From: Candidatus Poribacteria bacterium
GTDB taxonomy: Bacteria; Poribacteria; WGA-4E; WGA-3G
NCBI GenBank assembly: GCA_963665235.2
Contig: CAXXLX010000002.1
Location: forward strand, 576,001 to 640,000
Length of the DNA: 64,000 bases
Reading direction: 5' to 3'
The position numbers and the translations under genes are program-made. Positions within the stretch are counted from its first letter, which is position 1. Each line of letters starts with the position of its first letter. Below the pieces are notes generated by a model. It ran no database searches and was not told the DNA's origin. It saw nothing but the letters and a program-made list of their open reading frames with translations. Below are positions 9,336-18,172 of the stretch, one piece after another.

Positions 9336-9724
9336 TTTTCCGCTTCCTGTTTGAATCCGATAGAGGCATTCAGCATCTGTAATAACGTGTTGATTTCCTC
9401 TGCATCCCAGGTGTCGTCATCATTCGCGGCTATAGCATAATCTGCTACCTTTTTAATTTTACCGAGATTGATTCTCCCGATGAACAGACTAAAAGGTAGT
9501 TGCTGCCCAACGGTTTTAACCCGTTCACACGTAGCTTCGATGTCGGCTCGACTCACCTCTTCAGGGGCCTGTTTTATCATCGCGTCCTTCATCATATCTG
9601 CTCCGAAACCGAACAGCTCTTTGATGATAATCCATTGTAACGTGGCAAGTAAGACAAAGAGTATTAAGATAACAACCAAAATTTTGGTTATATGACGTTT
9701 CCACGTCCGTTCTTCAGAACTCAT
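9332..9724 (-). CDS. Hypothetical protein with an N-terminal membrane anchor
   Basis: 130-aa ORF with one hydrophobic helix and a GAGGTG RBS. Overlaps the methyltransferase start by 4 bp. Confidence 0.7.
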   Translation of the reverse strand: MSSEERTWKRHITKILVVILILFVLLATLQWIIIKELFGFGADMMKDAMIKQAPEEVSRADIEATCERVKTVGQQLPFSLFIGRINLGKIKKVADYAIAANDDDTWDAEEINTLLQMLNASIGFKQEAEN

Positions 9725-9804
9725 TTTTTTCGTTCACCTCTCTGGTGGAATTTATAGTATATATATTAACATTTTATCAAAGACAGTGTCAAGTAGGAGA
9801 AAAA

Positions 9805-10899
9805 ATGAAGATAGGTATTATTGGTAGACCCTACGTCGGAAAAACGACAGTCTTCAACGCATTGGCACATTCCAACGCAGAATTAGGCGGTTATACGGCA
9901 AGCAAAGAGCCCAACCTCAGCGCAGTGAACGTGCCCGATGAACGTTTGGAATCTCTCGCAGCCGTGTTCAAACCGAAAAAAGTGACACCCGCAACGATCG
10001 GTTATGTGGATGTCGCCGGGCTAACCCAAGCGGATGTTGAACAGGCGGAATTGGATTCCGGTGTACTTGCGGAACTTCGCACAGTTGACGCGCTCGCGCA
10101 TGTGGTTCGACTTTTTGAGGATGAGGCGGTTCCGCATGTCGATGGAAACGTTGATGCTGAGCGGGACATTGAAACGGTCGGACTTGAATTAGTCCTCGCC
10201 GATCTGAAAGTCGTTCAGGGGAGGCTATCGAGGCTCACCAAGCAACTTCAAAATCAGAAAACGGCTGAGCTGGAAAGTGAACATCGCGTCTTAGAACGGT
10301 GTGAGGCCACCTTGGAACGTGGGGTACCACTCCGCACCATTGCACTATCGGCAACCGAGGAAAAACTGATACGCGGTTACGGGTTTTTGACGCAAAAACC
10401 GTTGCTGCTCATCTGCAACATCGATGAGACACAACTAGAAACAGCCGATGACATTCACAACCGTTTTGCTGAATATGCAGCACAACCCCAGACAGCCATT
10501 ATTGTACTCGCTGCACAGTTAGAGATGGAAATTGCCCAGCTGGATGCCTCGGATGCAGCCATCTTTATGACCGAAATGGGATTAGAGGTTTCCGCTTTAG
10601 AGCGTTTTATTCAGACCTCCTATCAGTTGCTGGGGTTAATCACATTTTTTTCAGGCAATGAGAACGGTGTCAGGGCGTGGACACTTCGTGAGGGACAGAC
10701 TGCCGTTGACGCAGCAGGCATCATACACACCGATTTCGCACGCGGCTTTATACGTGCAGAAACCATTAACTGGGAAGAGTTAGTTGCATGTGGAAGTCTC
10801 GTCGAAGCGCGAGGTAAAGGGTTGCTGAGAGCGGAGGGTAAAACCTATCTAGTTCAAGAGGGGGATGTCCTGACAATATTGGCGAACCCAACGCATTGA
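9805..10899 (+). CDS. ychF: YchF family ribosome-binding ATPase (OBG family)
   Basis: GRPYVGKTT P-loop, VPDERL, DVAGL, and C-terminal TGS region (VRAWT, AGIIHTDFARGFIRAE, EGKTYLVQEGDV). AGGAGA RBS before ATG 9805. Confidence 0.9.
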   Translation: MKIGIIGRPYVGKTTVFNALAHSNAELGGYTASKEPNLSAVNVPDERLESLAAVFKPKKVTPATIGYVDVAGLTQADVEQAELDSGVLAELRTVDALAHVVRLFEDEAVPHVDGNVDAERDIETVGLELVLADLKVVQGRLSRLTKQLQNQKTAELESEHRVLERCEATLERGVPLRTIALSATEEKLIRGYGFLTQKPLLLICNIDETQLETADDIHNRFAEYAAQPQTAIIVLAAQLEMEIAQLDASDAAIFMTEMGLEVSALERFIQTSYQLLGLITFFSGNENGVRAWTLREGQTAVDAAGIIHTDFARGFIRAETINWEELVACGSLVEARGKGLLRAEGKTYLVQEGDVLTILANPTH

Positions 10900-10944
10900 A
10901 AACGCCGCGTTTTTTTCTCGTGCGACAACACCCTCAGAAAACCT

Positions 10945-12066
10945 TCAAGGTGTATCTACTGGTTTCCTGTGAACACGTTCTGCCGGACGAGGTGTTTGAT
11001 TGACGGTTTGCTTTTCAACTTCAAGTGCTACTTCGACATCATATACCGCTTTTATATCGCCCCACTGCATTGGCAATTTCCCCTGCGGAGATACAGGTAG
11101 CGCACCTTGTACCCAATCCGGTTGAATGTCGTTGCTCGGATGTGTTGTCAATCTCCTGAGTTTTCCATCTTCAATCTCATACCGATAGATGTCATGATGC
11201 TCCTTCGCTTTGGGCACGTCAAGCCGTCCTGCTGAAAAAAGGAAGGCACGGCCGTCATCCATCCAACATAACCCGGAACCGACCCAATCTCCACCTATCT
11301 TTTTTGTTATATCAATCCTCCTTTTCACGCCATTTTTCCGCTGAATGATAAATCGTTTGACAGGGTCTTCTAGCTGCCCTTTAGATTCGAGGTATAGAAT
11401 CTGCTTCCCATCTGGAGACCAGTGGGGGTAAACTCTGAAAGCAAGCGGGTCTCCTGGGGCTGGATCTGGGAGGAGCGGTCTCTGATTTGTTCCATCTGCT
11501 GACATTATCCAGATGTTTACTGGGTGAAGACCCGCAGGGACCGATATAAACCTTGTATAAACGAACTCTTTGCCATCTGGGGACCAATGTGCTTCATGTG
11601 ATCCGCTATTTTTTTGAAGACCTGTCAACTGTTTGACGGTTCTATTTTCCAGGTCCATCACATATATTTCGGTGTCTCCATTTCGGTCACTGTTGAATGC
11701 AAGGTATTGGCCATCCGGGGACCAGGTTGGATTTCGATTCGTTTTGCCGGTATGTGTGAGCTGCTGTTGGTTAGTGCCATCAGCGTTCATGATGAACAGT
11801 TGACACTTTTGGATATCCTTCTCAAGGCTTCTTTCAAAAGCGATTTGGGTGCCATCCGGGGACCAGCTCGGCCCGAACTCCCAAAACTGATTGTCTGTCA
11901 ATCTACGTCTGCCGCTCCCATCATCGTTCATGACATAAATACTACCATACGCGGAAAAGGTGATTTTTGCATCGGCACCGCGTGGAACAAACAGTAAAAT
12001 AAGGAGACAGAGTATTAAACAACGTGTGGAGGGCTGTGAGATAAAGGAGGTGTTCGCGTGTATCAT
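10945..12066 (-). CDS. Secreted TolB-like / PD40-repeat beta-propeller protein
   Basis: Signal peptide and repeated PxWSPDG units. PVSPQGKLPMQWGDIK motif near the C-terminus. Confidence 0.85.
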   Translation of the reverse strand: MIHANTSFISQPSTRCLILCLLILLFVPRGADAKITFSAYGSIYVMNDDGSGRRRLTDNQFWEFGPSWSPDGTQIAFERSLEKDIQKCQLFIMNADGTNQQQLTHTGKTNRNPTWSPDGQYLAFNSDRNGDTEIYVMDLENRTVKQLTGLQKNSGSHEAHWSPDGKEFVYTRFISVPAGLHPVNIWIMSADGTNQRPLLPDPAPGDPLAFRVYPHWSPDGKQILYLESKGQLEDPVKRFIIQRKNGVKRRIDITKKIGGDWVGSGLCWMDDGRAFLFSAGRLDVPKAKEHHDIYRYEIEDGKLRRLTTHPSNDIQPDWVQGALPVSPQGKLPMQWGDIKAVYDVEVALEVEKQTVNQTPRPAERVHRKPVDTP

Positions 12067-12132
12067 AAATTTATCTCCTTTAGAAACACGGGTGCCCTAT
12101 AAAGAGGAACACCCGCGTTTGGTTGGCAGAAT

Positions 12133-12696
12133 TTACTCGATGCCTAAAGGCTCCTGCCGGTGCCAAAACTCCTTCTGACTAATCAATGCGTACCACGGTT
12201 CAGAGGTCTCTAGCGTTCCATTTCCATCAAGATCCGCTTTCACAGTTTGTTTGGAATCTGCGGTAATCTTGTACTTCCTCCACGGTTGATCCTTAAGGTC
12301 AAATTTAAGGGCCATAGCTTTTTCCCAACTATCGACAGCATCAACCCAGCCATTAGTGTGTTCTTCTTTGAAATCATCAAAATTCGGTAATAGCGGACCC
12401 TCAATCTTGCTGGTGAAGTCAACGTAGTATCTGACACGGATGCGCTGTGGCCAATCGGGATGAACCCCTCCAGAATCATTGTACAGAACTGCCAGATGAC
12501 TACTAGAGACTTTCGGAAATTCATAGAAATACGCTACATAGAGATATCCGTATACGAACTTAAGGGTCCTGCCCATTCTGCAATCCCGAGCCCAAGTTTC
12601 ACCAGAGTGGGGCACTTGGTTTGAGTGAAGATGCGTTGGAACGAGACAAACTATCGCTATTAACCCGATTAGGGTTATCACTACTAAATGTTTCAC
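12133..12696 (-). CDS. Hypothetical secreted protein
   Basis: GTG start with AAGGAG RBS, N-terminal signal-like hydrophobic stretch, and a DLDGNG calcium-binding-like loop. Confidence 0.7.
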   Translation of the reverse strand: MKHLVVITLIGLIAIVCLVPTHLHSNQVPHSGETWARDCRMGRTLKFVYGYLYVAYFYEFPKVSSSHLAVLYNDSGGVHPDWPQRIRVRYYVDFTSKIEGPLLPNFDDFKEEHTNGWVDAVDSWEKAMALKFDLKDQPWRKYKITADSKQTVKADLDGNGTLETSEPWYALISQKEFWHRQEPLGIE

Positions 12697-12796
12697 AATT
12701 TTTCTCCTTTAGCACACGCAAATTGAAGCGGAGTGCCAGTCTTTGGAAAAATCAACGCCGGGGACGTTGGCTTCTCCATACACAGAAGACGTAGTC

Positions 12797-12825
12797 ATTT
12801 TAGCACGTTTCCGGTTTTGTGTAAA
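12797..12825 (-). promoter_or_regulatory. Sigma-70 promoter for the 12696 and 12066 genes
   Basis: TTTACA (12820-12825), 17 bp, TAAAAT (12797-12802), with a TG extended -10. Confidence 0.6.
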
Positions 12826-12926
12826 TAAAAAATATTGGACACTATTTACGGGGTTTCACCTATTCCCTCTTGTTGTGTATCGTGCGCGAATAGAATAGGG
12901 GTAACAAGCATTGCGGGTGTCCGCGA

Positions 12927-13015
12927 TGCAACAACGAAAGCCCACGACGAAATGCTTCGTGCAAAACGAAGTTCATGCGGGCGCGAAAATATCGCAGGTT
13001 TCACATCCTGCAATA
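12927..13015 (-). terminator. Conserved structured leader block, copy 1 (small hairpin, 43-nt hairpin, U-rich tail)
   Basis: GCAGG-ATGTGAAA-CCTGC, then GCCCGCATGAACTTCGT-TTTGC-ACGAAGCATTTCGTCGTGGGC-TTTCGTTGTT. Homologous to 33810-33897, with substitutions that preserve pairing. Confidence 0.7.
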
Positions 13016-13039
13016 AGACTTTGTAAAAAATCGGAATAA

Positions 13040-13189
13040 TTAACGAATGTAAAGTGGGGGGGGGAGAGCAGTTAAATGAAAGTAGACATGTGGACACACG
13101 CACTGCACACGTGCGTACGGTCGCTCATGTAACACGGGCGTGGATGGAATCAATTTTTGAATTGCGGTATCTCCATGTTGGTTTTTCAC
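13040..13189 (-). CDS. Putative 49-aa leader peptide with a poly-C (PPP) tract, copy 1
   Basis: GGGGATTTAATA-GTG start. MKNQHGDTAIQKLIPSTPVLHERPYARVQCVCPHVYFHLTALPPPLYIR*. C9 tract at 13056-13064. Confidence 0.55.
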   Translation of the reverse strand: MKNQHGDTAIQKLIPSTPVLHERPYARVQCVCPHVYFHLTALPPPLYIR

Positions 13190-13277
13190 TATTAAATCCC
13201 CATTCTGTATCAGAAAATATGAGTGTAAGGTGTAATTTCCCGGTTTCTCTACTAACTTTATACAACTTAACGTAGCT

Positions 13278-13306
13278 ATTATATCCTAAGTTGCGGTAAA
13301 TGTCAA
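13278..13306 (-). promoter_or_regulatory. Perfect consensus sigma-70 promoter driving leader cassette copy 1
   Basis: TTGACA (13301-13306), 17 bp, TATAAT (13278-13283). Confidence 0.8.
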
Positions 13307-13409
13307 GTTTTTTTCAAAAAATCGGTCAGTGTTGAAATTGGCGGCGTATGAGTTCTAACATTGAGGCAGCTATGAGCTTATAGGTTTCCCTATAAATTCA
13401 CATCAAAAG

Positions 13410-14057
13410 CTACAGGGGTCCACGCAATTCCGCAATAGCATCCATCATCTTAACGCCCATCTGCTGATACATCTCACGTTTAACCTCAAACGTACCCATG
13501 TCAGTAAAATCGATAGGCGTTCCGAATTTCACGATCAGCTTTGCCCGGCGTGGACGTTTATGTCCGCGCGGCAACATCCGTTCCGCCCCGCTGTGATAAA
13601 CAGGAAGCGTAGGAACACCCGCCCGGTGAGCGATAAAACATGCACCATCCTGTCCTTTCCCCAGAGTTCCATCAACGCTGCGCGTGCCTTCCGGAAAGAT
13701 GAGCACAGCGTTGCCATCTTTGAGAAGTGAGATAGTTCTCCGCAACGCCCCCAAATCCGGTGCACCTCTATCCACTGGATAGGCATTAAAGGCTGAAATC
13801 AGTTTCCCCAAGCCCGGTATTTTAAAAAGGCTGCTCCGTGCCATGTAATGAACTTCACGGCTCGCCGCGGAACCGACAACAATCGGATCGAGGAGGCTGA
13901 CGTGGTTTGAAACCAACAATACCCCTCCCTCCCGTGGGATATTGTTCACACCTTCCGCTTCGAGATGCCCCATGGTTTTACAGAAGAGGTTCGTAAATCT
14001 ATGTCCCCATCGGTATAGTCCGCGTGGAGACCAGAATTGGTTATTAGTGTACCACAT
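13410..14057 (-). CDS. plsC: 1-acyl-sn-glycerol-3-phosphate acyltransferase
   Basis: NHVSLLD (HX4D) and FPEGTRS. Follows cmk. Confidence 0.9.
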   Translation of the reverse strand: MWYTNNQFWSPRGLYRWGHRFTNLFCKTMGHLEAEGVNNIPREGGVLLVSNHVSLLDPIVVGSAASREVHYMARSSLFKIPGLGKLISAFNAYPVDRGAPDLGALRRTISLLKDGNAVLIFPEGTRSVDGTLGKGQDGACFIAHRAGVPTLPVYHSGAERMLPRGHKRPRRAKLIVKFGTPIDFTDMGTFEVKREMYQQMGVKMMDAIAELRGPL

Positions 14058-14080
14058 GAAAAAATCCTATCCTTGCTCGG

Positions 14081-14752
14081 TTAATCTGTTCCTTTTACGT
14101 GTTTAACAATACAATTGATAACTTCGTCAATTGTTTTATGCGTTGTATCTATCACAATTGCATCCTCAGCAGTACGGAGCGGACTGTGTTCTCGCGAGGA
14201 ATCCTTCTCGTCTCGGGCACGAATATCCGCTTCGACAGCTTCCAGCGTCGTCTCTACATTTTGAGCGTGGAGGTCTGCTAGTCTACGTCTTGCGCGTTCC
14301 GTCACCGAAGCGTCGAGATAGAATTTAAAGTCAGCGTTTGGAAACACAATAGTTGTCAAATCCCGTCCTTCCGCGATGAGATTTCCTTCCGTCCCAATAC
14401 GTTGTTGATGCTTAACAATTTCGTGGCGAATTTCAGGGATTTTGGCGATGTCCGCAACTAATTTATTCACTGGTGGCGTACGGATAAGGTGAGAAACATC
14501 TTCGGTGTTGAGTAGAATCGTTTTACCGTTATTCTCAAATTCAATATGACACCGCTTGGTCCTATCTATTAATTTGATTATATCTTCTGTAATGCCGTGC
14601 TGTATTGCAAGCACAGTCACGGCTCGGTACATCGCCCCGGAGTCCAGATAAAGAAACCCGAGTTTTTCTGCGACAAGTCGGGCAACCGTACTTTTCCCTG
14701 ACCCAGCGGGGCCGTCTATTGCAATCGTTACCTGATGTTCAGTCTTGTTCAT
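14081..14752 (-). CDS. cmk: Cytidylate kinase
   Basis: IAIDGPAGSGKST, LDSGAMYRA, EGRD...VFPNA, RDEKDSSR..SPL. ATG 14752 overlaps the tyrA stop (ATGA). Confidence 0.95.
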   Translation of the reverse strand: MNKTEHQVTIAIDGPAGSGKSTVARLVAEKLGFLYLDSGAMYRAVTVLAIQHGITEDIIKLIDRTKRCHIEFENNGKTILLNTEDVSHLIRTPPVNKLVADIAKIPEIRHEIVKHQQRIGTEGNLIAEGRDLTTIVFPNADFKFYLDASVTERARRRLADLHAQNVETTLEAVEADIRARDEKDSSREHSPLRTAEDAIVIDTTHKTIDEVINCIVKHVKGTD

Positions 14753-15648
14753 GAGGCTCCTAACGTTTCCCTCCATGTTTTCGCTGCCTTGAGTAGAGAT
14801 TCAATCTCGGTAGAATTCCCATTTTGGAGTAACGTTTTAAATTCGCCTAGTTTCTCCATTACGTCATCAATACGTGTCAGAAGGATAGATGCATTCTGTT
14901 CAAAAATATCGGTCCACATTGCGGGTGGTCCCGCTGCAATCCGGGTTGTGTCTCGAAATCCAGTTGCTGCGAAATCCAATGCGTTTCCAGAATCTGTTTT
15001 AACCCCGGCCACGCTGTTAGTGAGCACACTTGCAATAAGATGTGGCAGATGACTCGCCGCCCCGATAAGTAAATCGTGCATGTCTGGAGCAAGGAGATGC
15101 GTTTTTGCACCTACGAATGCCCACAGGTTTGTAATAAGTTGTAGCGCGTGAGCATCTGTATCGACTGTCGGTGTCAGAATACACTTCGCGTTCTCAAAAA
15201 GGGTAGCCTGTGCTGCATCCACCCCGGTTTCGTGTGAACCCGCCATCGGGTGCCCCCCGACAAAAGAGAGCCCAACCGAATCTCGCGTGTGCAAAAACGT
15301 CTCAACCGATTTCACTAACGTTGCTTTCGTACTGCCCACATCCGTAATCACGATGGGGTGTTGCTGTGTGTCAACAACTTTTGCAATACGTTCCACAAAT
15401 ACTGGAATCAGTGCTACCGGTGTACAGAGCACAACGATGTCGCTCTCGCGAAGTCCTACTGTCAATTCAGTGGTCACCGAATCAACGGCATCTCGCTGCA
15501 GTGCGCGTTTGAGTCTTTCGGTGTTGCGTCCGAGCCCGATGCGTTGTCCCTGAAACCCGTTCGCTTTCAGAGCCAACCCAAGTGAGCCCCCGATTAAACC
15601 GACTCCCCATATCGTAATCCGTTGAATTTGTTGTACGTTAGTAAACAT
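14749..15648 (-). CDS. tyrA: Prephenate/arogenate dehydrogenase
   Basis: GVGLIGGS, TDVGSTK, GGHPMAGS, HD...SHLPH, GFRDTTRIA. Confidence 0.92.
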   Translation of the reverse strand: MFTNVQQIQRITIWGVGLIGGSLGLALKANGFQGQRIGLGRNTERLKRALQRDAVDSVTTELTVGLRESDIVVLCTPVALIPVFVERIAKVVDTQQHPIVITDVGSTKATLVKSVETFLHTRDSVGLSFVGGHPMAGSHETGVDAAQATLFENAKCILTPTVDTDAHALQLITNLWAFVGAKTHLLAPDMHDLLIGAASHLPHLIASVLTNSVAGVKTDSGNALDFAATGFRDTTRIAAGPPAMWTDIFEQNASILLTRIDDVMEKLGEFKTLLQNGNSTEIESLLKAAKTWRETLGAS

Positions 15649-15920
15649 CTCTTTTCCTAAAAATCTCTCAAATATCACCTTGCTGCATGCCCAACATGCA
15701 AACCTCGTTAAGATTATACCATTTTTTGTATAAAAACGCATTTTTTTGTTCCAGAAAAAAATTAAAACGAATTAATAAAATTGTGCTATAATAAAATAAT
15801 ACTCAATCCGTTTTCCGGAATTGCGGTCCGATCCGGAAAAACAGTTTTTGATAGACGCGAACAACCAAGAACAGACCTTGCTTTGACGCGTCCTAAACGC
15901 AAATGGAAAGGAATTGAACC

Positions 15921-16901
15921 ATGATAAAATGTGCACTTATCAGCGGAAGAGGGATGGGGATGATGCACGGTGGAAACTTCCACAATCATCCGGATGCAGA
16001 GGTAATCGCGGTGTGTGATATGGATGCCGGCCTCCTCGCGAAAGCGAAAGAACACTTCGGTGTGCCAGGGTATCCAACAATAGAAGAACTATTAGCCAAC
16101 TGTGATGCGGACGTGATTCTCCTGATTGTCAACGAGACACGACGTATCCCCCCGTTACGTGAATTGCTTGAAGCGGGACAGAACGTTTTTACAGAGAAAC
16201 CTTTGTGCGGTTTACAGGGGCAAGCCCGGGTGCGTGAAGCAGACCTCGCTATTGCAGCGCCGGCTATCGCCACGTGGCGCGACTCCGGCCTAAAATTCGG
16301 TATTGACTACAATTACCGCTTTATGCACCACTTCAGAAAACTCCACGAAGATGTTGTAGAGGACCGATTGGGCGAAATTCGGATGATACATGCACGCGCA
16401 CACTTTAACTGCTGGTCACATATCATCGACCAAATCCTCTGGAATATGGGCACGCCTGAGTGGGTCAGTGTTGTTGGCGACCCCACTCAAAGTGGTGGCT
16501 GGCAACGCCTCATTCATATCGGTTGGGCAAACGGCGTAACCGGGACGCTCACCGGGACGAACCTCTGGGGATACGATGACCACCCGCTCCGCGTCAAAAT
16601 CCTTGGAGACAAATCTTATGCTGAAGCGAAAGGCTTAGATGGGGCTTACCTTCGACGCAAAGCTAACAACTCTGAAGTAGAGGAAAGTTGGGAAAACGAA
16701 CCCGGTAACCCTGAAATGCCCGAATCCTTTAAGCGGATGGCTGACGGCGTAATCAAAGCGATGCAGGCTGACGAACCGTTTCCAGCAGATGGTGAAGCAG
16801 CATGGAATGAACTTCTGTTTGAAGCAGCAGTCCATCGCTCCGCTTTGCAGAACGGCGCACGTGTTTTTCTCGCTGATGTAGACAGAGCCGCTTTTGTGTA
16901 A
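15921..16901 (+). CDS. Gfo/Idh/MocA family oxidoreductase
   Basis: Rossmann-type N-terminus, VFTEKP, YNYRF. Confidence 0.85.
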   Translation: MIKCALISGRGMGMMHGGNFHNHPDAEVIAVCDMDAGLLAKAKEHFGVPGYPTIEELLANCDADVILLIVNETRRIPPLRELLEAGQNVFTEKPLCGLQGQARVREADLAIAAPAIATWRDSGLKFGIDYNYRFMHHFRKLHEDVVEDRLGEIRMIHARAHFNCWSHIIDQILWNMGTPEWVSVVGDPTQSGGWQRLIHIGWANGVTGTLTGTNLWGYDDHPLRVKILGDKSYAEAKGLDGAYLRRKANNSEVEESWENEPGNPEMPESFKRMADGVIKAMQADEPFPADGEAAWNELLFEAAVHRSALQNGARVFLADVDRAAFV

Positions 16902-16910
16902 CGAACATTG

Positions 16911-16940
16911 GGAGGCGCGGAAAAAACCGCGCCCCTCTCA
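16911..16940 (+). terminator. Probable intrinsic terminator hairpin
   Basis: GGCGCGG-AAAAAA-CCGCGCC immediately after the stop at 16901. Confidence 0.5.
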
Positions 16941-17006
16941 AAAACCGCCCGGAAAGGGCAACACAGATGATTTTAACTATTGTAAACTATTGTAAAGGAG
17001 GAGACA

Positions 17007-17240
17007 ATGTACGAATTAGATATTATCCGACACCTTACAGAGAAAGCTGCAAAGGAAAACGCACTGAAATACATCTTTGAAGTGTTAACCCTTCGCTTGC
17101 AGCCCGACACTGCGCTTCGTTTCAAACTTGCCCTGGAACAAATCGACGATTTGGAGCGGCTTGAGGTGTTGCTCCGTGCTGCTGTTTTGGCGAACACCCC
17201 CGAAGACTTCGAGCAGGTCCTAGAAGAGAATGGGAATTGA
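17007..17240 (+). CDS. Small protein resembling the C-terminal domain of Rpn/YhgA-like PD-(D/E)XK proteins
   Basis: Strong AAGGAGG RBS. Helical pattern IFEVLTLRL...LEQIDDLERLEVLLRAAVLANTPEDFEQVL. Family resemblance is recalled, not searched. Confidence 0.6.
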   Translation: MYELDIIRHLTEKAAKENALKYIFEVLTLRLQPDTALRFKLALEQIDDLERLEVLLRAAVLANTPEDFEQVLEENGN

Positions 17241-17397
17241 ATAGCAAGCCGACTCTTAACAAACCGGGAGCCCAAGAGTCATATCTCTTGACACACGTCA
17301 GAAACCTGCTTAGAATCACAACATCTTGCCAGGAGAGAAAATAATGAAAATCGCAGATTTTCATCTATCATTTGCTAATTGCCAAAAAAGGAGCGCC

Positions 17398-18156
17398 ATG
17401 CAACAAACACAGCTCTTTCACGCTTACACCTTCGACGAACAGGAGCGAAACGCCTTAGACCTTGATGGACATTATATATTCCCTGAACTCCTTACCGCCG
17501 ATGCACAGAGCCGATTAACCAAATCATTAGCTCGGATTCAATCCCTAATACCTAACTGTAAGGAGGGACATGAACCGAACCGATTTGCAGCCGAATACGA
17601 CAGCTATCTCGAAAGCTTGATTGCCCATCCACAGATGCTGGAACTGATTAGAAAAGTGCTCGGAGACGACATCCGATATGACCACTGCGTCAGTCTCAAT
17701 CGCCCCGGGGGCAATGGCGGCATCGGTTGGCATAGCCACCGCTACTCCGATGATGATCCGGCCTACGGATTCGTTCGTATCTTCTTTTATGTCAACGGAT
17801 TCGAGGCGGATGATGGGGGTTTGAAGGCAGTACCAGGAAGCCATCTTTACCGTGATAGCGGCATCCATGGCAGGACAGATGAGGCATTGCAAGAAGGCTG
17901 GTTGGCAGGAAAAACCCATCTACAAACAGGCGAACCTTTACAGATTCAGAAATTAACCGTCCCAAACGGAACGGTTATATTGATGTGGACACATGCCGCT
18001 CACGCTGTAAGTGCCAGAAAACAGGATAGCGATACACGATGGACAGTCGTCTACGGCTATCGCAACCCCGGTAAACCCTGTACCCCGTGGATTACACCAG
18101 AATTTGAACGCAAACCTATCCCCGGCGCAGAAGGATTGATCTCCCTCGAGCCGTAA
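17398..18156 (+). CDS. Phytanoyl-CoA dioxygenase (PhyH) family Fe/2OG enzyme
   Basis: LDLDGHYIFPELL N-terminus, WHSH, GGLKAVPGSH, distal H (AAHA), R in DTRW. AAGGAG RBS before ATG 17398. Confidence 0.85.
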   Translation: MQQTQLFHAYTFDEQERNALDLDGHYIFPELLTADAQSRLTKSLARIQSLIPNCKEGHEPNRFAAEYDSYLESLIAHPQMLELIRKVLGDDIRYDHCVSLNRPGGNGGIGWHSHRYSDDDPAYGFVRIFFYVNGFEADDGGLKAVPGSHLYRDSGIHGRTDEALQEGWLAGKTHLQTGEPLQIQKLTVPNGTVILMWTHAAHAVSARKQDSDTRWTVVYGYRNPGKPCTPWITPEFERKPIPGAEGLISLEP

Positions 18157-18172
18157 CCAACGCAAAATCGTA

